Positions 12,401-24,400 of a stretch of 64,000 nt of DNA are shown here, piece by piece (position 1 is the first letter of the stretch; the number at the start of each line of letters is the position of its first letter). The stretch is from the NCBI GenBank assembly GCA_002269645.1, contig NIVC01000292.1, forward strand, positions 124,001 to 188,000, given 5' to 3'. Both the position numbers and the translations under genes were made by a program. The DNA is from Macrostomum lignano (taxonomy: Eukaryota). The notes beneath the pieces were generated by a model, which made no database searches, was not told the DNA's origin, and saw only the letters and a program-made list of their open reading frames with translations.

Positions 12401-15400
12401 GTAAGCCTGTCAAATTCCAATGTAAACCTATGTCAGATTCCAATGTAAGCCTGTCAGATTCCAATGTAAGCCTGTCAGATTCCAATGTAAGCCTGTCAGA
12501 TTCCAATGTAAGCCTGTCAGATTCCAATGTAAGCCTGTCAGCTTCCAATGTAAGCCTGTCAGATTCCAATGTAAGCCTGTCAGATTCCAATTTAAGCCTA
12601 CCAGACTCCAATGTAAGCCTATTGGATTCCAATGTAGGCCTGTCAGATTCCAATGTAAGCCTGTCTGATTACAATGTAAGCCTGTCAGATTCCAATGTAA
12701 GCCTGTCAAATTCCAATGTAAACCTATGTCAGATTACAATGTAAGCCTACCAGATTCCAATGTAAGCCTGTCAGATTCCAATGTGCATATTGCATTGCGC
12801 TACCCAACAATCCCGCTGCAGGTTCACGTGATCCACGAGGCCAGGCGTGGCGCGGTGGTGGAGGCCGCCATCAGCCGGATGCTGCTGCTGAGCCGCCTCC
12901 CCGAGGCCGCCTGCCGCTACCGGTTTGTGGCCGTCTCGGCCACCGCGCCAAACGTTGAAGATGTGAGCATTGGGAACTCTGTGCTTAAATACCTGTTTAA
13001 TCATCTCCAAATCCCTACCTTTTCCTGAATCCTCAAATCCCCAACCTGTTCCCAAATCCCCAACCTGTTCCCAACTCCCCAACCTGTTCCCAACTCCCCA
13101 ACCTGTTCCCAACTCCCCAACCTGTTCCCAACTCCCCAACCTGTTCCCAACTCCCCAACCTGTTCCCAACTCCCCAACCTGTTCCCAACTCCCCAACCTG
13201 TTCCCAAATCCCCAACCTGTTCCCAAATCCCCAACCTGTTCCCAACTCCCCAACCTGTTCCCAAATCCCCAACCTCTTCCCAAATCTCCAACCTGTTCCC
13301 GAATCGCCAACCTGTTCCCAACTCCCCAACCTCTTCCCAAATCCCCAACCTGTTCCCAACTCCCCAACCTGTTCCCAACTCCCCAACCTGTTCCCAACTC
13401 CCCAACCTCTTCCCAAATCCCCAACCTGTTCCCGAATCCTCAACCTGTTCCCAAATCCCCAACCTGTTCCCGAATCCTCAACCTGTTCCCAAATCCCCAA
13501 CCTGTTCCCGAATCCTCAACCTGTTCCCAAATCCCTAGCCTGCTCCCAGATCCCTAAACTGTTACCGAATCCTCATATTGTTGAGTTCCCGAATTCGAAA
13601 CGTGAATCCGAGAAACCCGAGAAGATCGTTGCTGGGCAGTCATGAAGAGAAAATATTTCTTAATTAAGTATTCAAACCCGCAGCTGTCCCGGTGGCTCAC
13701 AGACGCGGGCGGTCAGGAGGCGGTCTACTACAAGTGAGTTGCTATGCAGAATTTCATATTTTCGAAGCGGGACCCCATGGCCGCAGCGTGCCGAAATCCG
13801 CAGAGCTGATCAGCGCTCCCGGCCGGTGCCGCTGAAGACTCTGGTGCTGGGCTATCATCGGGGCGCCGAGCAGTCCGCCTTCAAGTTCGACATGAACCTC
13901 AACTACCGCCTAGCTGGTTTGGTGGCCGCTCACGCTGAGGCCAAGCCGGCTCTGATTGTGAGTGACTCCCCTGATTGTGAGTGATTCTTCTGATTGTGAG
14001 TGATTCTCCTGATTGTGAGTGATTCCCCTGATTGTGAGTGATTCCCCTGATTGTGAGTGATTCTCCTGATTGTGAGTGATTCCCCTGATTGTGAGTGATT
14101 CTCCTGATTGTGAGTGATTCCCCTGATTGTGAGTGACTCCTCTGACTTGAGTGATTCCCCCGATTGTGAGTGGTTCCCCTGATTGTGAGTGATTCTCCTG
14201 ATTGTGAGTGACTCCCCTGATTGTGAGTGACTCCCCTGATTGTGAGTGACTCCCTGATTGTGAGTGACTCCTCTGACTTGAGTGATTCCCCTGATTGTGA
14301 GTGACTCCCCCGATTGTGAGTGACTCCTCTGACTTGAGTGATTCCCCTGATTGTGAGTGACTCCCCTGATTGTGAGTGACTCCCCTGATTGTGAGTGACT
14401 CCTCGAACTTGAGTGATTCCCCCATGTCTACATGCTCGATGCATTTCAAACGTTTTGCTGCAAACTGCACAAGTCAGATAGGAAGTGATGTCAGTTTTTA
14501 TTTCAGGACCTCAACCTCTAGATGCACGCGTTCGAAGTTCTACGAGTATTTAGCTATCAGTTATTAACCACTGTAAAAAATTCGTTTCAAATTATTTTCT
14601 TGCTACTCTTAAGTAGGCGCTCTCTCATTGTGAACTTAGCTCGAAAAGGAAATCGGATTGTCAGAGAGGGTGTTGCGCCGACAATTTGACTGCCTAAACT
14701 AAACCCTAACCTAAACTGTACCTAAACCCTATCCTAAACTGTACCTAAACCCTAACCAAAACTGCACCTAAACCCTAACCTAAACTGTACCTAAACCCTA
14801 GCCTAAACTGTAACCTAAACCCTAGCCTAAACTGTAACCTAAACCCTAGCCTAAACTGTAACTTAAACTCTAACCTAAACTGTAACCTAAACTGTAACCT
14901 AAACTGTAACCTAAACCCTAGCCTAAACTGTAACTTAAACTCTAACCTAAACTGTAACCTAAACTGTAACCTAAACTGTAATCTAAACCCTAGCCTAAAC
15001 TGTAACCTAAGCCCTAACCTAAACTGTAACCTAAACCCTAGCCTAAACTGTAAACTAAACCTTAACACAAACTCTAACCTTAATTACTCGTAGTGATAAG
15101 TAAATCTTATTACTCGTAGCAACCTAAATCCTCGGCAGTCAATTGTCACTGACAGTCAATTGTCACTGACAGTCAATTGTCACTGACAGTCAATTGTCAC
15201 TGACAGTCAATTGTCACTGACAGTCAATTGTCACTGACAGTCAATTGTCACTGACAGTCAATTGTCACTGACAGTCAATTGTCACTGACAGTCAATTGTC
15301 ACTGACAGTCAATTGTCACTGACAGTCAATTGTCACTGACAGTCAATTGTCACTGACAGTCAATTGTCACTGACAGTCAATTGTCACTGACAGTCAATTG

Positions 15401-18400
15401 TCACTGACAGTCAATTGTCACTGACAGTCAATTGTCACTGACAGTCAATTGTCACTGACAGTCAATTGTCACTGACAGTCAATTGTCACTGACAGTCAAT
15501 TGTCACTGACAGTCAATTGTCACTGACAGTCAATTGTCACTGACAGTCAATTGTCACTGACAGTCAATTGTCACTGACAGTCAATTGTCACTGACAGTCA
15601 ATTGTCACTGACAGTCAATTGTCAGTAGCATGGCAGGTAGATTTCATAGGCAGTTTTTTCATTATTTTTATCGCTAAAGCTGGAACAAAAACCATGATTT
15701 CTTCATAGTGAAATTGGCCTCCAATTAGGTTGAATAAAAAGTTCTGAGCACACAATGTACTTGTACTCGATTAGCCCTTGCTACCTTTGAATGCGAACTT
15801 GCAAGCAGGTAAAGCTACATTTCTGTCCTGCCTTTGCCGGAATGAAGCCAAAGCAACATCCCAATAACTCTACTGCTGCCAGTAGTCAGTAGCATTTCTA
15901 GACAGAGTTGCGCCTCCCCTCTGTGGTAGTCTATGGCCGCTTGCTGTGGAATGAGAAACAGCTGCTTTCGCTCATGTGAGTAGCCTGAGTTGCCGAGCTC
16001 AAAATCAGTCAGCTCGCATCCCGCCGAAATTTTTTGTTTAAATTGCCGCATCAAATTCGACAAGCTGGAGCAGCGGCAGCAGCAGAAGCAAAAATGCAGC
16101 AGAAGCCGCGGCGGAAGCCGCCGAGAGGCCGCTGGCGATGATGAGGAGCCACTGGCATGCGACAAGTTTCTTCTCCAGCGCGCGGGCAAGTACCAGCTGG
16201 TTGAAGAAGACGAGGACAGCATCGAGGACTTGGACAGCGACGACTGCGAGGCCGACTGCGAGGGCGATGACGAATTCGTTGGCGACGATGGCGCCGGCGG
16301 CGGTGGCGGCGACGGAAGCGGCGCGTTCGCGGACTCCGAGATCATGGACCTCTGCCCCATCCTGGACCAGCAGGAGATCGCCGAGGTGGCCAAGATGCTC
16401 GACCTGCCCAGCGAGGAGGTCGAGTTCCCGCCGGAGCGGGACGACAGCGAGGCCGAAGGCGACGTCGAGACCGAGGTCGGCGCCGCAGCGGGCGCTACCG
16501 GTTCGTCCGCCTCGCAGGCAGCCAAGCCGCTCAGGCGCTTAAAGAAGAAGTTTGCCGCTAGGCGCTGGCGGCGCCGGGCCGCCGGCGTAGCTTGGGAGGC
16601 CGGGGACGAAGAGTCGGAGGGGGGCGCGGCGGATGAGGCAGAGGAGGAGGATGATGAGGAGGACAAGGGCAGCGCTGAGTCACTATACAGCTGCCGGCCG
16701 GACAAGAATGTGGAGTTCTACCGCCTGCCGGACATTTGACAGCAGCTAACTGACTGTGCTGCTAGACTAGGCATAAAGCATTCACTTTCGCCTGTAGCTG
16801 CTAAGTAACTTTGCATTGCCTGGCAACTCTTACTTTCAATGCTAAAGTGTAACTACACGCTTGCAGTTATTGTTCCTACGGCACTGATATTTTCTCAAAG
16901 ATAATAAGCACAATAAGAGGATTCTACCTGCTTTGTCTGAAGTCCTTTAAAGCTCTAGAATGCATCGAAAATAGCTCAGGAAAATTGTCTCCTTCAATTA
17001 AGGCTGCTTGTTTTCCGGTTTTATATGGCAGGTTCCAAAGCTCCCATATTGGTTTGGCTGTAGCCTAGTAGTCTAGTGCTGCGCTCTGATGTGCCAGCGG
17101 CCCAGGCTCGATTCCAAGTGCAGTCAAATTGGGGCTGAATCGGAATCTCGGCTTGGCTCTGCTCTCGTGCAATTAGCACCCTTGAGGGCCAACCCGCAAG
17201 GCGTGAAATGTACATGCCTAACGATAAATAAAGTTGGGGCTGCTGTACACTCCTGTGGGAGTGTGTGCCTGTGCGTATGACTGCGTACGTATCCGAGCGC
17301 TTGTGCGCCTGCTCAGGGGAGTCGGCGAAATGGGCAGTAATGCCTCTCGCCGGTTGTGTGACAATGTCGCTTAAAGTGCGGCACGGTGCACACAGGCCCC
17401 TCCTCTAATAAAAAGCCCCATCTTGCCTTCCGCCTCATCCGCCGCCTGCAGTTCTGCATCTCCCGCAAGAGCACTGAGCAGGTGTGCTCCGTCCTGCAGC
17501 GGGATCTTCAGGCCATTCTGGCTCGGGGGTCCTGTCTGGACCGCGACGTGCTGCAGCAGTTCTCCGCCCGGCTGAGCAACAAGAAGCTGCGGGGTGAGCT
17601 GGCCTAGCCGGGGTAGAGATTCCCCTAGCCGGGGTAGAGATTCCCCTAGCCGGGGTAGAGATTCCACTAGCTGGGGTAGAGATTCCACTAGCCGGGATAG
17701 AGATTCACCTAGCCAGGGTTGAGATTCCCCTAGCCGGGGTAGAGATTCCCCTAGCTGGGGTAGAGATTCCCCTAGCCGGGGTAGAGATTCCCCTAGTCGG
17801 GGTAGAGATTCCCCTAGCCGGGGTAGAGATTCCCCTAGCCGGGTAGAGATTCCCCAACCTGGGTAGAGATTCCCCTAGCTGGGATAGAGATTCCCCTAGC
17901 TTTGATAGTGATTCCCCTAGCTAGGATAAAAATTCCCCTAGCTGGGGTAGAGATTCCCCTAGCTGGGGTAGAGATTCCCCTAGCTGGTGTAGAGATCTCC
18001 CTCCCTATGACAGCATTCAGATGTTTCATAAGAAAGCGAGTATTGTTTCAAAAACTGACTCTGAACTTCAGACTCGCTCAGTAGCGGGGTCGCCTTCCAC
18101 CACGCCGGCCTGTCCATGGAGGACCGCAAATGTCTGGAGGAGGCCTTCCTGACCGGCTGCTTGCCTGTGCTGGGTGAGTTTTATCGGAATCGTAGATTGC
18201 TGGGGGTGGAATGAGAAACTGACGAGGCAGAATGAGAAGCTGACAAGGCAGAATGAGAAGCTGACAAGGCAGAATGAGAAACTGACAGTGCGGAATGAGA
18301 AGCTGACAGGGAGGAATGAGAAACTGACAGGGCGGAATGAGATACTGACAGGGCGGAATGGGAGAAACTGACAGGGCGGAATGAGAAACTGACAGGGCGG

Positions 18401-21400
18401 AATGGGAGAAACTTACAGGGCGGAATGAGAAACTTACAGGGCGGAATGAGAAACTTACAGGGCGGAATGAGAAAATGACAGGGAGAATGTGCAGCCGGCA
18501 CAGGTTAAGCAATCAAGGAAAATATGAATTCTCCGTCACCCAATTAAGCTACCCATCCTAAAACCTGCAGCCTGCACCAGCACCCTGGCCATGGGTGTCA
18601 ACCTGCCAGCTCACCTGGTCATCATCAAGGGCACGCAGCTCATTGCCGGCTCTGAGACGCACGACTATGACAGCATCAAGGTGCACCAGATGATCGGCAG
18701 GGCTGGCCGGCCTCAGGTGCGTCAGGTTTGGCTGCGATGGGGAAAAGGGCAGCTAGCTGTTCACCTGAAGCGCATTGAAAGGGGAGTTAGCGGTTCACCT
18801 GAAGCGCATTGAAAGGGTAGCTAGCGGTTCGCCTGAAGCGCATTGAAAGGGGAGTTAGCGGTTCGCCTGAAGCGCATTGAAAGGGGAGTTAGCGGTTCGC
18901 CTGAAGCGCATTGAAAGGGGAGTTAGCGGTTCGCCTGAAGCGCATTGAAAGGGTAGCTAGCGGTTCACCTGAAGCCATTGAAAGGGTAGCTAGCGGTTCA
19001 CCTGAAGCGCATTGAAAGGGTAGCTAGCGGTTCGCCTGAAGCGCATTGAAAGGGTAGCTAGCGGTTCACCTGAAGCGCATTGAAAAGGGTAGCTAGCGGT
19101 TCACCTGAAGCCATTGAAAGGGTAGCTAGCGGTTCGCCTGAAGCCATTGAAAGGGTAGCTAGCGGTTCGCCTGAAGCGCATTGGATGGCAACTAGCTAAC
19201 AATTCCCACAAAAACCGATTCCCTTGCTCATTTTTACATTCGAATTTCAGTTTGACACTTCAGCCACTGCCATCATCATGACTTCTGCTGACAAACAGGT
19301 ACACTCCGTGATAAACAAAAACTTGCTACACGTTTCGTCATACTGTAATTGTTTTTACAATATTCTCCAATTTTCCAACTTTTTACAATTGCAGCCAGTC
19401 TACGAGGAGATTGTGAACGGCACGCAGCTGATTGAGAGCAGGTGAGAATTTTTCTCCCGCTTCACATGTCAATCATCAACCTCTTGAAGTTGATTGTTTG
19501 TCTCAGCATTCCCCATTGAACTGAGCACTGGCATCTCAGCATTCCCCATTGATCTGAGCACTGGCATCTCAGCATTCCCCATTGAGCTGAGCACAGGCAT
19601 CTCAGCATTCCCCATTGAGCTGAGCACAGGCATCTCAGCATTCCCCATTGATCTGAGCACTGGCATCTCAGCATTCCCCATTGAGCTGAGCACTGGCATC
19701 TCAGCATTCCCCATTGAGCTGAGCACAGGCATCTCAGCATTCCCCATTGAGCTGAGCACAGGCATCTCAGCATTCCCCATTGAGCTGAGCACAGGCATCT
19801 CAGCATTCCCCATTGAGCTGAGCACAGGCATCTCAGCATTCCCCATTGAGCTGAGCACAGGCATCTCAGCATTCCCCATTGAACTGAGCACTGGCATCTC
19901 AGCATTCCCCATTGAGCTGAGCACAGGCATCTCAGCATTCCCCATTGAGCACTGGCATCTCAGCATTCCCCATTGAGCACTGGCACTCAGCATTCCCCAT
20001 TGAGCACTGGCACTCAGCATTCCCCATTGAGCACTGGCACTCAGCATTCCCCATTGAGCACTGGCACTCAGCATTCCCCATTGAGCACTGGCACTCAGCA
20101 TTCCCCATTGAGCACTGGCACTCAGCATTCCCCATTGAGCACTGGCACTCAGCATTCCCCATTGAGCACTGGCACTCAGCATTCCCCATTGAGCACTGGC
20201 ATGCTTTAACAAAAATAGCCAACGATTTTAAAATCCTATTTCAACCCAGCCTCCACCATCATCTGACCGAGTATCTGAACGCGGAGATTGTGCTGCAGAC
20301 CATCACCTGCGTGTCGTCCGCCGTCAGCTGGCTGCACAACACCTTTCTGGGCGTGCGGCTGCCGAAGAATCCCGCCTACTACGGTGAGAGCTCACTGTTT
20401 GAGCTGTTTCTCAAGCAAGAGCTTCTGTGCCTTCTCTAATCGACAACCGCTCCTGAACCCACAGACTGAACCGCTCCTGAACCCACAGACTGAACCGCTC
20501 CTGAACCCACAGACTGAGCCGCTCCTGAACCCACAGACTGAACCTCTCCTGAACCCACAGACTGAACCGCTCCTGAACCCACAGACTGAACCACTCTTGA
20601 ACCCACAGATTGAACCGCTCCTGAACCCACAGACTGAGCCGCTCCTGAACCCACAGACTGAACCGCTCCTGAACCCACAGATTGTACCGCTCCTGAACCC
20701 ACAGACTGAGCCGCTCCTGAACCCACAGACTGAGCCGCTCCTGAACCCACAGACTGAACCGCTCCTGAACCCACAGACTGAGCCGCTCCTGAACCCACAG
20801 ATTGAACCGCTCCTGAACCCACAGACTGAGCCGCTCCTGAACCCACAGATTGAACCGCTCCTGAACCCACAGATTGAACCGCTCCTGAACCCACAGACTG
20901 AACCGCTCCTGAACCCACAGACTGAGCCGCTCCTGAACCCACAGATTGAACCGCTCCTGAACCCACAGACTGAGCCGCTCCTGAACCCACAGATTGAACC
21001 GCTCCTGAACCCACAGACTGAACCACTCCTGAACCCATGGACTTGAAACGCCCTTAAACCCATCAATGAAGGCTCGCAGATCTCCGTGACCGCTGGCTGG
21101 GCCGAGCGCCTGATGATGGAGCGCCTGCAGCAGCTGGCTCAGCTGGAGCTCATCTCCGCCAGCGACTTGGCCAGCAGCGGCGACATCGGCGCCGTCCAGG
21201 TGTCTTCGCGGCCCGCCGGCCGGCTGATGGCGCGGCACTGCGTGAAATTCGCCAGCATGCGCCGAATCTGCGAACTGCAGCCGGACGCCTCGTTGGAGGC
21301 GCTGGTCCGCCTGGTCGCCGAGTGCCTGCAGCTCGAGGCCGCGGAGGGTGGCAGCTTCGGCGGCGGCGACGGCGGCCTCCGGGTGTCGGACAGGCGGCCG

Positions 21401-24400
21401 CTGAACCAGCTGGCGAAGGGACTGCGGTTTCGGCCGGCAACTGGCGGGGTGAAGACCGCAGCGGACAAGGCGCTGGTGCTGCTGCAGGCGGAGCTCGCCT
21501 CCGCGACTGTCGCCGACTTCTCGCTGGCGCAGGACGCGCAGCGGATGATGGCGCTGGGCGGGAGGCTGGCCCGCTGTCTTGTGGATGTCTGGTGGGACCG
21601 GGGCGCTTTTGGCACTCTGACCTCTGCCATTTTGCTCAACAAGTGCTTCAAGGTGAGAGCTTTTGGCAGTTGGTCTGCAGGGAGCCTTGAGTTGCTCAGC
21701 CCTGGGTCAGGCTGGGTTAGCTGTGTAGCTCTATTTAGTGTGACCTGGGATGTCCTTTTGAGGCGCATTTAAAGAAATTTTAAAAGATTTTAAAAGAAAC
21801 TAGCTTCTAGAATACTCAGGTTCATCGATTCTCATTACTGCAAGCTTGAAAGGAAAAAAACTCCCCAGATCATACCCCCCCGGCTCGCAGGCCCGCCTGT
21901 GGGAGAACTCGGACCAGGTGTCCCGCCAGCTGCCCGGCATCGGCCCCGTCATGGCCGCCGCCCTGGCCGCTGCCGGCTTCGCCAGCTTCGCCCGGATGGC
22001 CGCGGCCGCGCCGCACGAGCTTGAAGCAGCCGCTGGGCGCCGGCCGCCGTTCGGCGCGTCCGTGCTGGCAGCCGTGAACGGCCTGCCGCGCTACCTGCTC
22101 GGCCTGGAGGAGTCGCCGGTCGGCGACGGCTCCGAGATTCGCCTGTCCATCAGCCTGGCCAATCGGCCCGACCTGCTGCGCCGGACCGCCGCCTCCCCGG
22201 CTGGCAGGCGGGCGCTGACTGCCGGGCCCGGCCACACCTGCGTCCTGCTGGTCGGCGACGCCCGCAACCGGCTGCTGCTGCGGGCCCGCCTGCGCGACGA
22301 CCGGCTGATTTGGGGCGGCGCCGACGACGCTGGCGCCAGTTTAGAGGCGCAGTTCCGCCTGCGACTGCCGCAGCCGGCCGGGCCGGAAGACCCGGCGCTC
22401 CAGCTGACCATCGCGCTGCTCAGCGAGACCTGGGCCGGTTTCGACCTGCTTGTCAATTACGAGGCCGGAGGAAGCGGCGTGGGCGTGCAGAGCCCGTGCT
22501 TTCAGCCTGGTGAGTTTCCAGTAGAGAGAGGGGGGTCAGTTGCTCCCATTGCTGATTTTGCTATGACTACCGATACCGACTCTGCCCTCAGCTCAAGCCG
22601 CCAGCGGTCCAGGCAAGCCCGGCAAGCCGCAGCCGCAGTCAGGGCCGAACGGCAAGCGCCAGCGGGGCGGCAAGCAGGCGGCGCTTGACGACTTTGGCTT
22701 CACGCCGGTGCCAGCGAAAAAACGAACAGCTGAGTCTGAGAGGGCCGCTCAGGGTGGCGCTCAGGGCTTGCAGCAGACACCACAGAACCGCTTGCTGGAG
22801 TTCAAGCCCAGAGCCAAGCCTCAGCTGCAGCCGGTTCTCGCAAGCCAGGCCTGCTCTGCCGGACAGCTGCCAGCCCCTGGCAACCAGACTGGCTTCAGTT
22901 TCAGCGGTCAGGCCCAGGGCTGCAACAGTCAGGTCGACATTGCCGGAAACCTCTGCGGTCAGGCCCAGAGCTTCAGCTTTCAGGCAGATCCCAGTGGTCA
23001 GTCGCAGTACTTCAATAGTCAGGCCAACCTCAGCGGTCAGCCTCAGGGCTTCAACCGTCAGGCCAACCTTAGCGGTCAGCCTCAGGGATTCAACGGTCAG
23101 GCCAACCTTAGCGGTCAGCCTCAGAGCTTCAATGGTCAGGCCAACCTTAGCGGTCAGCCTCAGGGATTCAACGGTCAGGCCAACCTTAGCGGTCAGCCTC
23201 AGAGCTTCAATGGTCAGGCCAACCTTAGCGGCCAGCCTCAGGGATTCAACGGTCAAGCCAACCTCAGCAGTCAGCCTCAGAGCTTCAACGGTCAGGCTAA
23301 CCTCAGCAGTCAGCCTCAGGGATTCAACGGTCAGGCCAACCTTAGCGGTCAGCCTCAGGGATTCAACGGTCAGGCCAACCTTAGCGGTCAGCCTCAGGGA
23401 TTCAACGGTCAAGCCAACCTCAGCGGTCAGCCTCAGGGCTTCAATGGTCAGGCTAACCTCAGCAGTCAGCCTCAGGGCTTCAATAGTCAGGCCAACCTCA
23501 GCGGTCAGCCTCAGGGCTTTAATAGTCAGGCCAACCTCAGCGGAAGCCATTGCGGACAGTTGCAGGGCTTAAAGACTCAGAACTCCAGCAACCAAGTTAG
23601 TTTCGGTAGTCAACTGCGACCTCTGCCCAGCAAATGCGGTTTAAATACCGGATATCCCGGTTCACTATCTGGTCCAAAAGTGCAGAACTTCCGCAGCCAG
23701 CAGAGTATCAATGGGCAACTTAAAAGCTCCGCATCTCAAAGCCGCTCCAGCGTGCAGTCTCAGAGTTCAGCCTTTGAACCAACGTCCGATTCGTGGTCAT
23801 TGAGAGCTAAAACCCCAGCCAACCTCAGCGGCCAGTTGCAGAGCTTCAACCCTCAGGCCAACCTCAGCGGCCAGTTGCAGAGCTTCAACCCTCAGGCCAA
23901 CCTCAGCGGCCAGTTGCAGAGCTTCAACCCTCAGGCCAACCTCAGCGGCCAGTCGCAGAGCTTCAACCCGCAGGCCAACCTCAGCGGCCAGTCGCAGAGC
24001 TTCAACCCTCGCTCAATCGCCCAGGCCAGTGCCAGCCAGCAGGCATCCCAGAGCCTGTACCAGAGCCAAGATAAAGATTCTCGGCTGAGCCAGAAAAGAG
24101 CATTTACCTTCAAGAGGCGATCGGCAAGCGGCAGTCAGGGTGCAAGCACAGTCCAGTCAGGGACAAATAACAGGTCCGCTGACATGCACAACCGTGCCTG
24201 GGCGGAGACTCCTCAGTACCAGCTACTCAATTTGGAATCTCAAGATTCCAGCAGCTGCCAAGCTCGTGACAAGCCTAAAGCTGTCCAGTCTGACCCATCC
24301 GCAGGCAGTGAGCAATATGACGGATACACGAGCCGCTGCTCAGAGCAAGACTCCAGCATTCGAGGCTGTGCTGAGGAGTCGCGATTTCAGGAATCCCCCG

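Noticed and set aside
14692-15080. Interstitial telomeric repeat
   Set aside because: The units are 12-nt CCTAAACTGTAA/CCTAAACCCTAG variants inside a MITE-like element, not (TTAGGG)n.
15136-15624. Possible CRISPR-like arrays (17-, 42-, 47- and 81-nt repeats)
   Set aside because: They are head-to-tail repeats with no unique spacers and no cas genes, in a eukaryotic context.
11449-21238. Many 70-300-aa repetitive ORFs (LESDRLT, WEQVG, TIRG, SAQWG, EPLLNPQT and others)
   Set aside because: They are open only because the intronic repeat units lack stops. They lie inside well-defined GT-AG introns of HFM1.
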